This document shows, piece by piece, positions 48,072 to 57,210 of a stretch of DNA of 64,000 nucleotides (its first letter is position 1; each line of letters opens with the position of its first letter). The notes under the pieces are model-generated. The model worked only from the letters and a program-made list of their open reading frames with translations. It did not search any database and was not told where the DNA came from. Position numbers and translations under genes: made by a program. The stretch is taken from the sequence record OP079919.1; one strand, 5' to 3'.

Positions 48072-51000
48072 ATGATCATTTTAGATGAAACCATTCCTCC
48101 TAATGGTCAAGAGGATGAGCGCTTCGGTCTTTTACTTTACGCGTTAACCGACTACGGGATTAAAAGGGAGTTACAGCACGTCGCCAGTGTGGCTGTGTTG
48201 ACCGATAAAGTTGCCGAAGCGAATGCTAAGATGACATCGGTCAGCTCAGCGGTAAACGATGCTCTTGACGCCCACATTGCGACAAAAGGCCCTATCCATG
48301 GGGAGACCAAGGAAACGATAGGTCTGGGTCTTGTTGACAATTTACGGACAGCCACGTTAGAAGAACATGTTGACGGCAGTGACGATCTGTTCTGTACTCC
48401 CGCCGGGGTAAAGTACGCGGCTCAGTTTTTGGTTGAACCTGATTACACCGGGTTTATTCCACAGACAGTTCTTCCTATTGCCTATTTCAAAAGACTGACT
48501 GGAGATCTGAGTATTAACTCAATCTCTTTCAGTCCATGGACTCAGAGCAATAAGAAAGGTAACCTGTACATCACAGACGGTGCTTATTACGTCAGTCTGT
48601 TAAGTAAGAATGGCGGTGGAGTCAACTACCTGAGTGATCTTTTAACATCAAGGGATTTGATGTACTTCACACCTAGTGGTGGGACGACGGTACCTAAACT
48701 GGCGTACGGTTGGAACGCTAAGACGGGATACCAAACTCTGAGTGATGGTTCGAAGCAACTTACCTTTTTCGATTACACTCATAATGGCACCGGTGGGGAG
48801 TTCGCTCTTAATTTTTCGGGGTCTGTAACAGGTGACTATCTGTCGACCTTATTCGATCCTTTACTCGACACGTCTTCTTTAATAGGCGGGCTACGCTTAA
48901 CTCAGGCTGGATTAAATGTCAGTCTGACGACCATTACCCAGCCGGATGAGTCGGTCGCAACGCTACTGGTGGATAACACCACTGGGTTCAGTTTTAACGC
49001 TATAGGACCAAAGGGAACGGTCAGAACAGGAACCATTAACAACCTCATTCCTTTAGCTGACTTCATTACTGTAACGGACGCTACGGCGGTTACAATTGAC
49101 CCGACCTACACAGCCATTGACCAAACCCACGGCTATGGGAATATGGAATGGGAAGTTAAGGGAAAATCTGCGATTCTTTACACAGATGCTATCCTGAGGA
49201 CAACATTCCAGGGAGTCGTTAAGAAGATCGTCGCCAGAATAGCGTTAAGGTTGACGATAAGTGGGTCCACTTACACGATCGCTCCCTTGTCTCAAGTGAG
49301 TATGGCGACAATAACTGCTGGCGCTATTGCTGTATCTGGGAACATCCTTTTTGAAGAAGAAATTGATAGCGCTTTACACCCCGTTTACGGAAAAGGTCCG
49401 TTCTTAAGCGAGGGTGGACACGCCACATCAATGGCTTCCAACCAAAGCTTCTTCTTAAGGGCGTTTACTCACGATCTAACCAGCCTCGTTGACCTGGCTA
49501 AAAACTACCATGAAACCCTTTCTCTCTCCGGAGAGTATACAAAGGAATATCCGGGTAGTTTTGCTGCCCCGATAGGGGTGAACATTAAACGCTTCATACC
49601 GTTTAATAGCACTGCTTCGGGGTTAAAGGTTTTGACCTATCCGATGGCCAATACCTCAGAAGATTACTACGGAGTATTAAGTTGGGATAGTCCTCAGATT
49701 CTCCAGTCGTCTAAGAACAAGCCGCTGTATTATCGGTTCAAGCAGGCGAGCTCTTTAACCAACTTTACATTAAGCTCTACCATACCGGCCAGACTGATTG
49801 TTAACTCCGGTGCTGATGGCAGTGTTACTGTGAGGGGGCTGAGTTTCTTACGCAGTGATTATACTGCCGGTACGGGTAAACTGGTCATTACGGAGAATGA
49901 GGTTAAAGCGTCTGAAACTTGGGCGTTGGATGCGGATTCCATTACCACGATGGAATCTATCTTGTCAACATTCTCCACCAGAAGTCACACAGCGTACTCT
50001 TCTGCCGGCGTGGCGTACGACGCAACCAAACAGTCAATGAGCTGGTCTGTTGGGATTTTGACGACCTCTGACGACATTACCGCAGTAACAAGATGTGTTG
50101 TGTTATTATCGGATGGTTGCGGTTATGTGGGGTGTCAAATCGTTCCTACGACACCTAATAGCGGAACAAGAACGTTTACCATCAACAGAGCGTCATTGGG
50201 TACGCTGACATCCATGACTTTTGGGATGGCTGCCGTTCCTGATTTTAGTGCGGCCGAATATCTGACCCCGCCGGCGTACAACGACATAATGGTATTAACT
50301 CGTTCCGATAATTCGTTAGAGATCGCATTTAATAACGCGTTTAAAACGAAATACGGGATGGCGTCATTCTTATATTCCGGAACAACGCTGACACTGGATA
50401 AAATAGAAAATCCAAGAGTCAGTGTAGGGAATTTTCCCATCATCGGGAAACGTGGCTGTTGCCCTATCAGTATTCCTTACTACGGTATTTTCAGGATGAC
50501 GGATAACGAAGAGGAGTTCTTCAACGCCAACCTCAATCGTTATCTTAACCAATATGGCGATTTAACGGACGACGTAGTCACTATGGGGGGGTCGGATTAT
50601 CACCTAATCAGAATCCCTGCCGGGACCAAAGTGTTCTTGGATGGTCGAGAATTCCAAATGATCTCCGGTTTAGTCGTCTATGCTCAGGTAGGAGTGACGT
50701 CGTATATTTATCTCACAGCGGCGGCTGATAACGTGATGGCCGAGGCCAGAACCGTAAAATCAGAACCTGCTGTTGATGAAATCATTTACGCGGTAATGGA
50801 TGAAGCAGGGAATCTCGTTATCAACGACACGTACACCGTCATTGATGGGTTCGCGGTATCCTACACTCGTCAGGGTAGCTCTATCCCGTACACGACGGGT
50901 TACCCTATGGATCTTGGCGAAACACTCTTCTTTAAAACAACCTTTGGGGATCCTGATCTTGATGTAATCATGAACGCCACCATGCCAGAGTTTGGCGGGA

Positions 51001-51287
51001 TGGAGTACATGCCTGATCTTGATGAGGAGATCAACGACATCATTCCTTCTTGGGATAATCTCGAAGATCAAGCCATGGACCTCATGATGAACCAGATTCT
51101 CCCAGAGGATATTGGAACATTAGAGGAAAATATCGATGAGTGCATCAACGAAATTCAACCTGAGTACGTCGAAGACTACAGAGATTCCAACGACATCATT
51201 GTTAACCAATTGATGCCGGAAATCGGTATGTCTCGATTTGTATTGACGGATTATATCGTTAACCAGATCTTACCTGATTCGGAATAA
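48072..51287 (+). CDS. Tail fibre-like protein, paralog 3 (1071 aa), with acidic C-terminal repeats
   Basis: PIHGETKETIGLGLVDNLRTA and FCTPAGV motifs; C-terminal module ...SYTRQGSSIPYTTG; extra tail of about 110 aa. Confidence 0.65.
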   Translation: MIILDETIPPNGQEDERFGLLLYALTDYGIKRELQHVASVAVLTDKVAEANAKMTSVSSAVNDALDAHIATKGPIHGETKETIGLGLVDNLRTATLEEHVDGSDDLFCTPAGVKYAAQFLVEPDYTGFIPQTVLPIAYFKRLTGDLSINSISFSPWTQSNKKGNLYITDGAYYVSLLSKNGGGVNYLSDLLTSRDLMYFTPSGGTTVPKLAYGWNAKTGYQTLSDGSKQLTFFDYTHNGTGGEFALNFSGSVTGDYLSTLFDPLLDTSSLIGGLRLTQAGLNVSLTTITQPDESVATLLVDNTTGFSFNAIGPKGTVRTGTINNLIPLADFITVTDATAVTIDPTYTAIDQTHGYGNMEWEVKGKSAILYTDAILRTTFQGVVKKIVARIALRLTISGSTYTIAPLSQVSMATITAGAIAVSGNILFEEEIDSALHPVYGKGPFLSEGGHATSMASNQSFFLRAFTHDLTSLVDLAKNYHETLSLSGEYTKEYPGSFAAPIGVNIKRFIPFNSTASGLKVLTYPMANTSEDYYGVLSWDSPQILQSSKNKPLYYRFKQASSLTNFTLSSTIPARLIVNSGADGSVTVRGLSFLRSDYTAGTGKLVITENEVKASETWALDADSITTMESILSTFSTRSHTAYSSAGVAYDATKQSMSWSVGILTTSDDITAVTRCVVLLSDGCGYVGCQIVPTTPNSGTRTFTINRASLGTLTSMTFGMAAVPDFSAAEYLTPPAYNDIMVLTRSDNSLEIAFNNAFKTKYGMASFLYSGTTLTLDKIENPRVSVGNFPIIGKRGCCPISIPYYGIFRMTDNEEEFFNANLNRYLNQYGDLTDDVVTMGGSDYHLIRIPAGTKVFLDGREFQMISGLVVYAQVGVTSYIYLTAAADNVMAEARTVKSEPAVDEIIYAVMDEAGNLVINDTYTVIDGFAVSYTRQGSSIPYTTGYPMDLGETLFFKTTFGDPDLDVIMNATMPEFGGMEYMPDLDEEINDIIPSWDNLEDQAMDLMMNQILPEDIGTLEENIDECINEIQPEYVEDYRDSNDIIVNQLMPEIGMSRFVLTDYIVNQILPDSE
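50950..51284 (+). repeat. About six imperfect protein-level repeats, consensus hhN(Q/E/D)hhP(E/D), period about 17-25 aa
   Basis: IMNATMPE, EINDIIPS, MMNQILPE, CINEIQPE, IVNQLMPE, IVNQILPD. Confidence 0.7.
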
Positions 51288-51291
51288 CGTT

Positions 51292-51327
51292 TATAGTGGA
51301 GAGGGGCTCGCGCCCCTCTCCACTATA
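51292..51327. terminator. Bidirectional terminator
   Basis: 16-bp perfect stem TATAGTGGAGAGGGGC-TCGC-GCCCCTCTCCACTATA between convergent genes. Confidence 0.75.
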
Positions 51328-51334
51328 TTTATTG

Positions 51335-52321
51335 TTAACCACCGCCAACTGGCATACCACCTGTACCGCTGCCACCTGAATTGCTATGACGATGCCTCAA
51401 TAGGGATACCGCACCGCCTCCTGCGGTAACGTCGCCTTTGGCATTTATAGATTCTTCTGCGTTAATGGTTCCTGAACACCGCATGGTTCCATCACCGCCT
51501 TCACCCGCAATTGTGGTAATGTTACCCGCCACACCCAGGTTACCAATAACTGATGTGTTAGCCTTTATATTCACCCCTTCTGGAGCAACGACGTTGACAT
51601 CTTGCGCACTAACCAGCATTTGTTTGCAGATTATGCTTAATAGTTTATCGGCACTAATTCCAAATGTGTCCGCGCACTTAATTAAGATGTTCATCTTAGC
51701 CAGTGTAATTTCTGACCCATCCTGATTTCGTACGCTCGTGGTGTGTGACATCGAATCAGTAGCGATAATGTTGCCTTCGCCATCCCCTAGTAGAACAGTA
51801 CCTGCCTGAGCATCTACCTGGAACTGATATTTGGTCTTCTCTCCATTAGCTTGGGATGTCATAAACCCAACCTTACCCGTATGAGTAGAGATCTCAAACG
51901 TGTAATAGTTATCCAGAGAGAATTCAGCATTCTCGTCTAAATTAGGATTGGCGGAAAATCCCCAAACCACTGTCTCCAGTCGTTTAGTCTTCGTATCGAC
52001 CCCATGGAGTGTCCAGAGTAATTGATCTGAATCTCCATACCGATATATGGCAACTGGTGTCCCTTCTCTGACATCCGGAGCTGTCATTCGGTTACCGCCG
52101 TCACCCATCCACTTAGCCGTCACTGAGTTAGATCCCAAAACCTGAGAAGTTTTGTTAGTTCCGTCGGCTGTTTGCGATGTTTGAACAGAGGTTTGGGCTG
52201 TGGCTACTTCCCTACCATCAGCCATCATGTTATACGATGGAAGGGAAACGGTAATTTCTTTTGAGTCAGTTTGTTTAGTCGATGTTACCGTTCCGACACC
52301 TAAACAATTCAGTAAATTCAT
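51335..52321 (-). CDS. Baseplate central spike (gpV/gp5-like; phiKZ gp164-like)
   Basis: N-terminal OB-like region (APDVREGTPVAIYRY), beta-strand repeats, and a C-terminal VSLLRHRH HxH metal-binding tip motif as in P2 gpV/phi92 gp138. Confidence 0.75.
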   Translation of the reverse strand: MNLLNCLGVGTVTSTKQTDSKEITVSLPSYNMMADGREVATAQTSVQTSQTADGTNKTSQVLGSNSVTAKWMGDGGNRMTAPDVREGTPVAIYRYGDSDQLLWTLHGVDTKTKRLETVVWGFSANPNLDENAEFSLDNYYTFEISTHTGKVGFMTSQANGEKTKYQFQVDAQAGTVLLGDGEGNIIATDSMSHTTSVRNQDGSEITLAKMNILIKCADTFGISADKLLSIICKQMLVSAQDVNVVAPEGVNIKANTSVIGNLGVAGNITTIAGEGGDGTMRCSGTINAEESINAKGDVTAGGGAVSLLRHRHSNSGGSGTGGMPVGGG

Positions 52322-52371
52322 ACCCTGTCCCTTTATTTATAAGACTTTGTCATTTAAAAAATGGTTACTAT

Positions 52372-54846
52372 ATGATCGTTAAGCTGATATTAAAAGGTTA
52401 CATTCCTTTGAACACCAAAGGAGTAGAATATTTTGAAACGGATCAATTGGGCTTAATGAATATCCTGATTGGACGCAATGGACATGGGAAGAGTTCCATA
52501 CTCAACGAGGCTTCACCGATGCCTCCTGAAAACGCCGACTATGTAGAAGACGGATATAAATACGTCGAAATAATTAATAAGGGAAAACGGTATTATTTGG
52601 AATCTTTCACGGGATCAAAAAGCAAACACTCGTTTAAAGATTCAGAAGGTAACGAACTCAACTCAGGTGGTACCCAAGCGGTACAAAAAGAACTGGTTAA
52701 ACAGTATTTCGACCTCACCCCGCTGTACTTTAAAGTTCTTACCGCAATCAACGAAAACTATCGTTTCACAGCATTAGGGGTGGCGGAAAGAAAGTTCCTC
52801 TTAATGGACCTCTACCCTAACGATACCAAATACGCGCTGATTGTCTATAACAAAATCAAATCAGCGTATAGCGATACTGTAGGGGCGTTAAAGAACCAAA
52901 GTCAGAGATTGATTGAGGAACAGCAACGCGTAAGTGCCTTAGGAGGAAAAACCAAAGAAGAACTCCTCCACGACATCTCTCAGCTCGATAAACGTATTAA
53001 CGAAATTGTTTACCTGCAAGGAGAACTCAACGGAACGCCTAACGTTAGCGGGGATCTTCGTTTAGAAATTGAGGATTTCAATAGTAAAGTAAAATCCTTG
53101 CTCGTGATGGGGATGACTACAGGGACACTGTCACGTCAACAGTTAATAGCGAGCATCGAGAGTTTAAAAGCTTCGTTGGTTTATCACGAAACCCAGCAGA
53201 AGATGTATCAGACGCAACTGAATGATATTTCCTCTGCGATGAGTGGACTGGAGTTGAAAGACCACGACCCTAAACAATTTGAAACGCAGCTGTTGGATCT
53301 CGAGTATCGTCATGCTGTACTCGAAACGGTATTGAACGACTCGGAAGAACTCATCAAACGAGAACCGTTTATTTCCGAACACCGGGAACGGTTGATTAAT
53401 CTTGCTCCTGGTTTCAGAACCTTGATAGATCGGATAAACTTAATCCCCCTTTGTTCTAATCCAGAGTTAACCACGAGTCAGTACCAAAACTGGTTAGACA
53501 AGTCTGAACAGATTTTTAACGAAGGTAAACAATCCAGAGTTGAGTTGGAACACGTCCAACATCAACTCAAACATTATCGTGATGCTTCAGAAGTCCAGTG
53601 TCCTGAATGCTCTTCTCAGTTTAAACCTGGGTTCGATAAGACCTACGAATCTAAATTGATTAAACAGGAAGATGGATTAAAATCGACCATTGCTCACCTA
53701 ACGAGTAAGTATAAACAATACAAACAAACCCTCGCTTTGGATCAAGAATGGTTCAGCCAAATGAGGGCTTTGGAACAGTACGTAGAAAGCAGTCATGAAG
53801 CGAAATTCTTACTTCATCTGTTAAGCGAATATAAGGTCGGTTATGAGCCAGCCGATAGACTCATAAACGTCATTAAAACGCTCGCTACGACGCTGGATTA
53901 TAAGAAACAACATGATGCCTTGACCGAAGAAATAAACGTCTTAAAAACCCGTATAAACGTGTTTAAAACGAATAATATGGAAGAGGCTCTGGCCGCGTAC
54001 TCACTCAGCGAAGAAAGGCTGGGTGATAGTAATCGTGCAATTCGTCGCTGTATGACGTTGATGAGGGAGCATCAGAAGACCTTAAAGGATTATGACGCTT
54101 ACGAAATAACGATTGACGCGATCAGAGAAGGGCAAGCAAGAATCCTCGACTTATTACGGGATGAGGGTAAAGTAAGTTTGCATAGAAGACTCAACGAAGT
54201 AATGTCAAGTCTTCTCCCTCAGAAAGATGAAGTCATGTCTCTGATGATCAGACAGGAGTCGTTAAAGACTCTGGTCGAGTCTATCGAAGATAACATTGCG
54301 GGTCTTAAGAAAAGACAATCTGATCTTAAGATCTTGATGGACGGACTCTGCCCTAAGAAAGGATACATCGGGGAATTGATGAAGGACTTTATTACCGCAA
54401 TTTGTGCGAACATGAACGCGGTAATACGGGACATATGGAGTACACCTCTCTTTGTTAAACCGTGTGTTAATAAGAAAGGTGAAATGGATTATAACTTCCC
54501 AGTTATTAATGGCGACTCTAGCAGAACAGCTTCTGACGTGGCTAAATGTAGCGGGGGAGAAAAGGAGATTATTAACTTCGCATTTCGGTTAGTTGTCTCA
54601 CGGTACGTGAAATACGACAGTCCTCTTTTCTTGGACGAGGTTGGCGTTAACATGGACGAATACCACCGTGGTCGCTTCTTTGATTATGTCAAACGACTGA
54701 TGGCGACGGGTAAGATCGATCAATGTTTTATGATCAGTCATTACTCTTCACAATACGGACTTATGGACAACGCCAACATTATTGCTTTAAATACAGAAGG
54801 TTTAACGGTTCCCCCTAACGTCAATCTCAGTACAACGATAAGGTAA
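52372..54846 (+). CDS. sbcC: SbcC/Rad50-like SMC-family ATPase
   Basis: Start reassigned to the ATG at 52372. Walker A GRNGHGKS, zinc hook CPEC in the middle of the coiled coil, signature CSGGE, Walker B/D-loop LFLDEVGVNMD. Confidence 0.85.
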   Translation: MIVKLILKGYIPLNTKGVEYFETDQLGLMNILIGRNGHGKSSILNEASPMPPENADYVEDGYKYVEIINKGKRYYLESFTGSKSKHSFKDSEGNELNSGGTQAVQKELVKQYFDLTPLYFKVLTAINENYRFTALGVAERKFLLMDLYPNDTKYALIVYNKIKSAYSDTVGALKNQSQRLIEEQQRVSALGGKTKEELLHDISQLDKRINEIVYLQGELNGTPNVSGDLRLEIEDFNSKVKSLLVMGMTTGTLSRQQLIASIESLKASLVYHETQQKMYQTQLNDISSAMSGLELKDHDPKQFETQLLDLEYRHAVLETVLNDSEELIKREPFISEHRERLINLAPGFRTLIDRINLIPLCSNPELTTSQYQNWLDKSEQIFNEGKQSRVELEHVQHQLKHYRDASEVQCPECSSQFKPGFDKTYESKLIKQEDGLKSTIAHLTSKYKQYKQTLALDQEWFSQMRALEQYVESSHEAKFLLHLLSEYKVGYEPADRLINVIKTLATTLDYKKQHDALTEEINVLKTRINVFKTNNMEEALAAYSLSEERLGDSNRAIRRCMTLMREHQKTLKDYDAYEITIDAIREGQARILDLLRDEGKVSLHRRLNEVMSSLLPQKDEVMSLMIRQESLKTLVESIEDNIAGLKKRQSDLKILMDGLCPKKGYIGELMKDFITAICANMNAVIRDIWSTPLFVKPCVNKKGEMDYNFPVINGDSSRTASDVAKCSGGEKEIINFAFRLVVSRYVKYDSPLFLDEVGVNMDEYHRGRFFDYVKRLMATGKIDQCFMISHYSSQYGLMDNANIIALNTEGLTVPPNVNLSTTIR

Positions 54847-54850
54847 TGCC

Positions 54851-55135
54851 ATGTTGACCTTTACTACCACGGTGCGTAATAAAGCCGACAAGCTCGCAGC
54901 GGAACTCGATAAGGTTATCAGTAACTCATCGACGAACCCTCGTAAAGCGACTTGGTTATTGCGTTACGCCAATGTCATTAACTACGCAAACGTCAATGGA
55001 TTAACATTAGTTGAATTCAATACCAGGGCCGAAACTATTCGCAAATGGATAGCGACGGGGCATGTTTTCTTTGAGGGTAACAAAGCCATCTCTCTTGAAG
55101 AAATCGGTATGGATTTCAATACCGGTCGCCGGTAA
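54851..55135 (+). CDS. Hypothetical protein, 94 aa
   Basis: AAGG SD; directly follows sbcC. Confidence 0.5.
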   Translation: MLTFTTTVRNKADKLAAELDKVISNSSTNPRKATWLLRYANVINYANVNGLTLVEFNTRAETIRKWIATGHVFFEGNKAISLEEIGMDFNTGRR

Positions 55136-55147
55136 AATAAGACAGAT

Positions 55148-55165
55148 CTATATTATCTTAGAGAA
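55148..55165 (+). promoter_or_regulatory. Candidate early promoter D
   Basis: CTATATTATCT core identical to promoter B; lacks the upstream T-run. Confidence 0.45.
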
Positions 55166-55167
55166 CC

Positions 55168-55207
55168 GTGAAGGGTGTCTCATTTTCTCTTACACCCTTC
55201 ACTTTTT
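55168..55207 (+). terminator. Hairpin with U-tract
   Basis: GTGAAGGGTGT...ACACCCTTCAC (11 bp, 13-nt loop) followed by TTTTT. Confidence 0.55.
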
Positions 55208-55225
55208 ACTACGAGGAAATAAAAA

Positions 55226-55894
55226 ATGAAGACCGCATTTGGTTTAATGTTCATTCTTATCATGGGGATAAGTAGCGCATTCGCATCAGTGAGTACATCT
55301 CAGTCGGATTATCACTATTTTAATAAACAGAAAACTTACATTTTCGAAGCATCCAAACTTACGGGGATCTCCCCTGAATTAGTTACCGCAATAGGTTCCA
55401 TAGAAAGTGGCCTGGGGCGTAATAAAGTTAATCGGTATTCTAAAGTCAAAGGTGTGATGCAAACCACCAAGCGGACTTATAACTCTAACCTCAAGAAACA
55501 CCACGAAAGACTTGGGTTATCTCCTAACGCTTCTATCAAAAACGATAGAGCAAATATCTTAGTTGCTACCGCAGCATTAGCAGATAACAAACGTTACTTA
55601 GAGAAAGTCACGAATAAAAAAATCACAGATGGGGATGTGTTCATTTCCCATCTGGTAGGTTTAGGTGGCGCAGCTAAAATAATCAAAGGCAAACCCAACG
55701 CCCCCATAAGCCGTTATATCGCACTTCATAAAGGTAACATGCGACTCTATACTGACAAAGGACGGGTATTGACCGTGGCGCAGTTTAGGAGGAGTATGGA
55801 TCGGCTGGTAAAGAAAGAAAGCGCGAAGTATGCCGTGGTTATCAATCAGAACAAGTTGGATCGTTTGATAACAGCTGTCGCGTATAATCAATAA
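55226..55894 (+). CDS. Lytic transglycosylase (SLT; phiKZ gp144-type catalytic domain) with N-terminal signal peptide
   Basis: Catalytic motif AIGSIES, GVMQ, D-RANIL and SHLVGLGGA; N-terminus MKTAFGLMFILIMGISSAFA is a cleavable Sec-type signal; GAGG SD. Confidence 0.8.
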   Translation: MKTAFGLMFILIMGISSAFASVSTSQSDYHYFNKQKTYIFEASKLTGISPELVTAIGSIESGLGRNKVNRYSKVKGVMQTTKRTYNSNLKKHHERLGLSPNASIKNDRANILVATAALADNKRYLEKVTNKKITDGDVFISHLVGLGGAAKIIKGKPNAPISRYIALHKGNMRLYTDKGRVLTVAQFRRSMDRLVKKESAKYAVVINQNKLDRLITAVAYNQ

Positions 55895-55935
55895 ATTTCC
55901 ACCGATCGAATCCTTTATATAGGAGGATGTTTACT

Positions 55936-55970
55936 GTGGGTTGAGCGTGGTAACTTAACCCACTCTTTTT
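55936..55970 (+). terminator. Terminator-like hairpin
   Basis: GTGGGTTGAG-CGTGGTAA-CTTAACCCAC followed by TCTTTTT. Confidence 0.55.
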
Positions 55971-55984
55971 AAAGAGGCAGTATT

Positions 55985-56242
55985 GTGAACAAGACAATGC
56001 AATTTTCCCTTAACGACAAAGGGGTTTTAGTACAAGACGACAACGGTAACATTCCCGTTCAAATTATTGAAAATCAGACTGAGGACGGGCGTAAAACAGC
56101 CGCTATCGTATTCGGTGGAGAAACCCAAGGTTTCGCTTGTTTCGATTCTAATCAGAATAAACCGATAAGCGTAATCCCCTCCAAACCGTTTCAAGATCCA
56201 AATCTCGATGAATCGCTGTACAATATTTGTAAAGCCATCTGA
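55985..56242 (+). CDS. Hypothetical protein, 85 aa
   Basis: GTG start with AGAGG SD. Confidence 0.5.
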   Translation: MNKTMQFSLNDKGVLVQDDNGNIPVQIIENQTEDGRKTAAIVFGGETQGFACFDSNQNKPISVIPSKPFQDPNLDESLYNICKAI

Positions 56243-56246
56243 TTTA

Positions 56247-56271
56247 ATAGGGGAGGTTCTTCCTCCCCTAT
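56247..56271 (+). terminator. Intergenic hairpin
   Basis: ATAGGGGAGG-TTCTT-CCTCCCCTAT. Confidence 0.55.
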
Positions 56272-56301
56272 CCCTTATACCGCATTTTCGGAATTCTAAG
56301 A

Positions 56302-56712
56302 ATGAATAAAAATGAAATTATTGACCTCCGTTTTGGTCGCAGCGAATTCAAAGTCAATGGGTATTTCGTAGCCTTTACCGCCGGGATGACTAAGCAATTC
56401 GGCAGGGCTGTTAAAATAGAATTTAGAATTAAAAACACCGCCTCTCGTTTTAGATTGGTCGCTCACGCATTGACGGTTATTGAAGAAAGCGATCTTATTC
56501 TTTTGCATGGCGGAGATTCAAATATTATGGAATTTGTGCTCGATGCCTGCGAGCAAAGCAAGGGCATAGTTGAATACGGCGGTGAGCAGTTCGAAGCCTT
56601 TAATGTTTTGGAACGCGCTATCAAAGAAGACCCCGTTAATTGGGAACGGATGTTAAGTAAAGTGCAGTCGTCCCTGTTAACTAATAGTCCTTTGAGACAA
56701 CATTATCACTGA
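56302..56712 (+). CDS. Hypothetical protein, 136 aa
   Basis: ORF tiles the region; weak SD. Confidence 0.45.
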   Translation: MNKNEIIDLRFGRSEFKVNGYFVAFTAGMTKQFGRAVKIEFRIKNTASRFRLVAHALTVIEESDLILLHGGDSNIMEFVLDACEQSKGIVEYGGEQFEAFNVLERAIKEDPVNWERMLSKVQSSLLTNSPLRQHYH

Positions 56713-56731
56713 CTTTAGATGGGAGTGCGCT

Positions 56732-57202
56732 ATGGATACGACGGTTGCTTCAGAGATACCATTAGATCAAACCCCTCAGTACGCAGACGATGTAGAGTGC
56801 ACGGATGCGTATATTTTTGAAACCGACGAAGACGGAGTAGGTTTAGAACTTGCTTTGTTCTCTCCCCTGCCCGATAGCTTTACTCCCGTATTAAGAATGG
56901 CTTTGGTTAAATTGGATACCGCTATGCCTATTGACGGTATAGAGGGTTTATACCGGGATCTTGACCAGACATTTGTCAGTAATTACATGACCGGGTATCT
57001 GGAAGATGACTTCGAACGCTTCTTTATCCATTTAGCAGAGCATCTGGAAAGATATGGCGGGGATACTCACCCGGCGATGATTGCGACGATTGAACAGATA
57101 GCCTGCATGACTGAAATCTACGACCTAAAAGATTTCAGAGAATTCATTTACGGTGTAACCGTTATGGTTAAACTCTTTAATCCAGAACCCACCATCCACT
57201 AA
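56732..57202 (+). CDS. Hypothetical acidic protein, 156 aa
   Basis: GGGAG SD. Confidence 0.5.
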   Translation: MDTTVASEIPLDQTPQYADDVECTDAYIFETDEDGVGLELALFSPLPDSFTPVLRMALVKLDTAMPIDGIEGLYRDLDQTFVSNYMTGYLEDDFERFFIHLAEHLERYGGDTHPAMIATIEQIACMTEIYDLKDFREFIYGVTVMVKLFNPEPTIH

Positions 57203-57210
57203 AGGTTTTT

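Noticed and set aside
51438-52382. Plus-strand ORFs (95 and 60 aa) opposite the spike gene
   Set aside because: Antisense to a well-supported gene, with no SD or recognisable motif.
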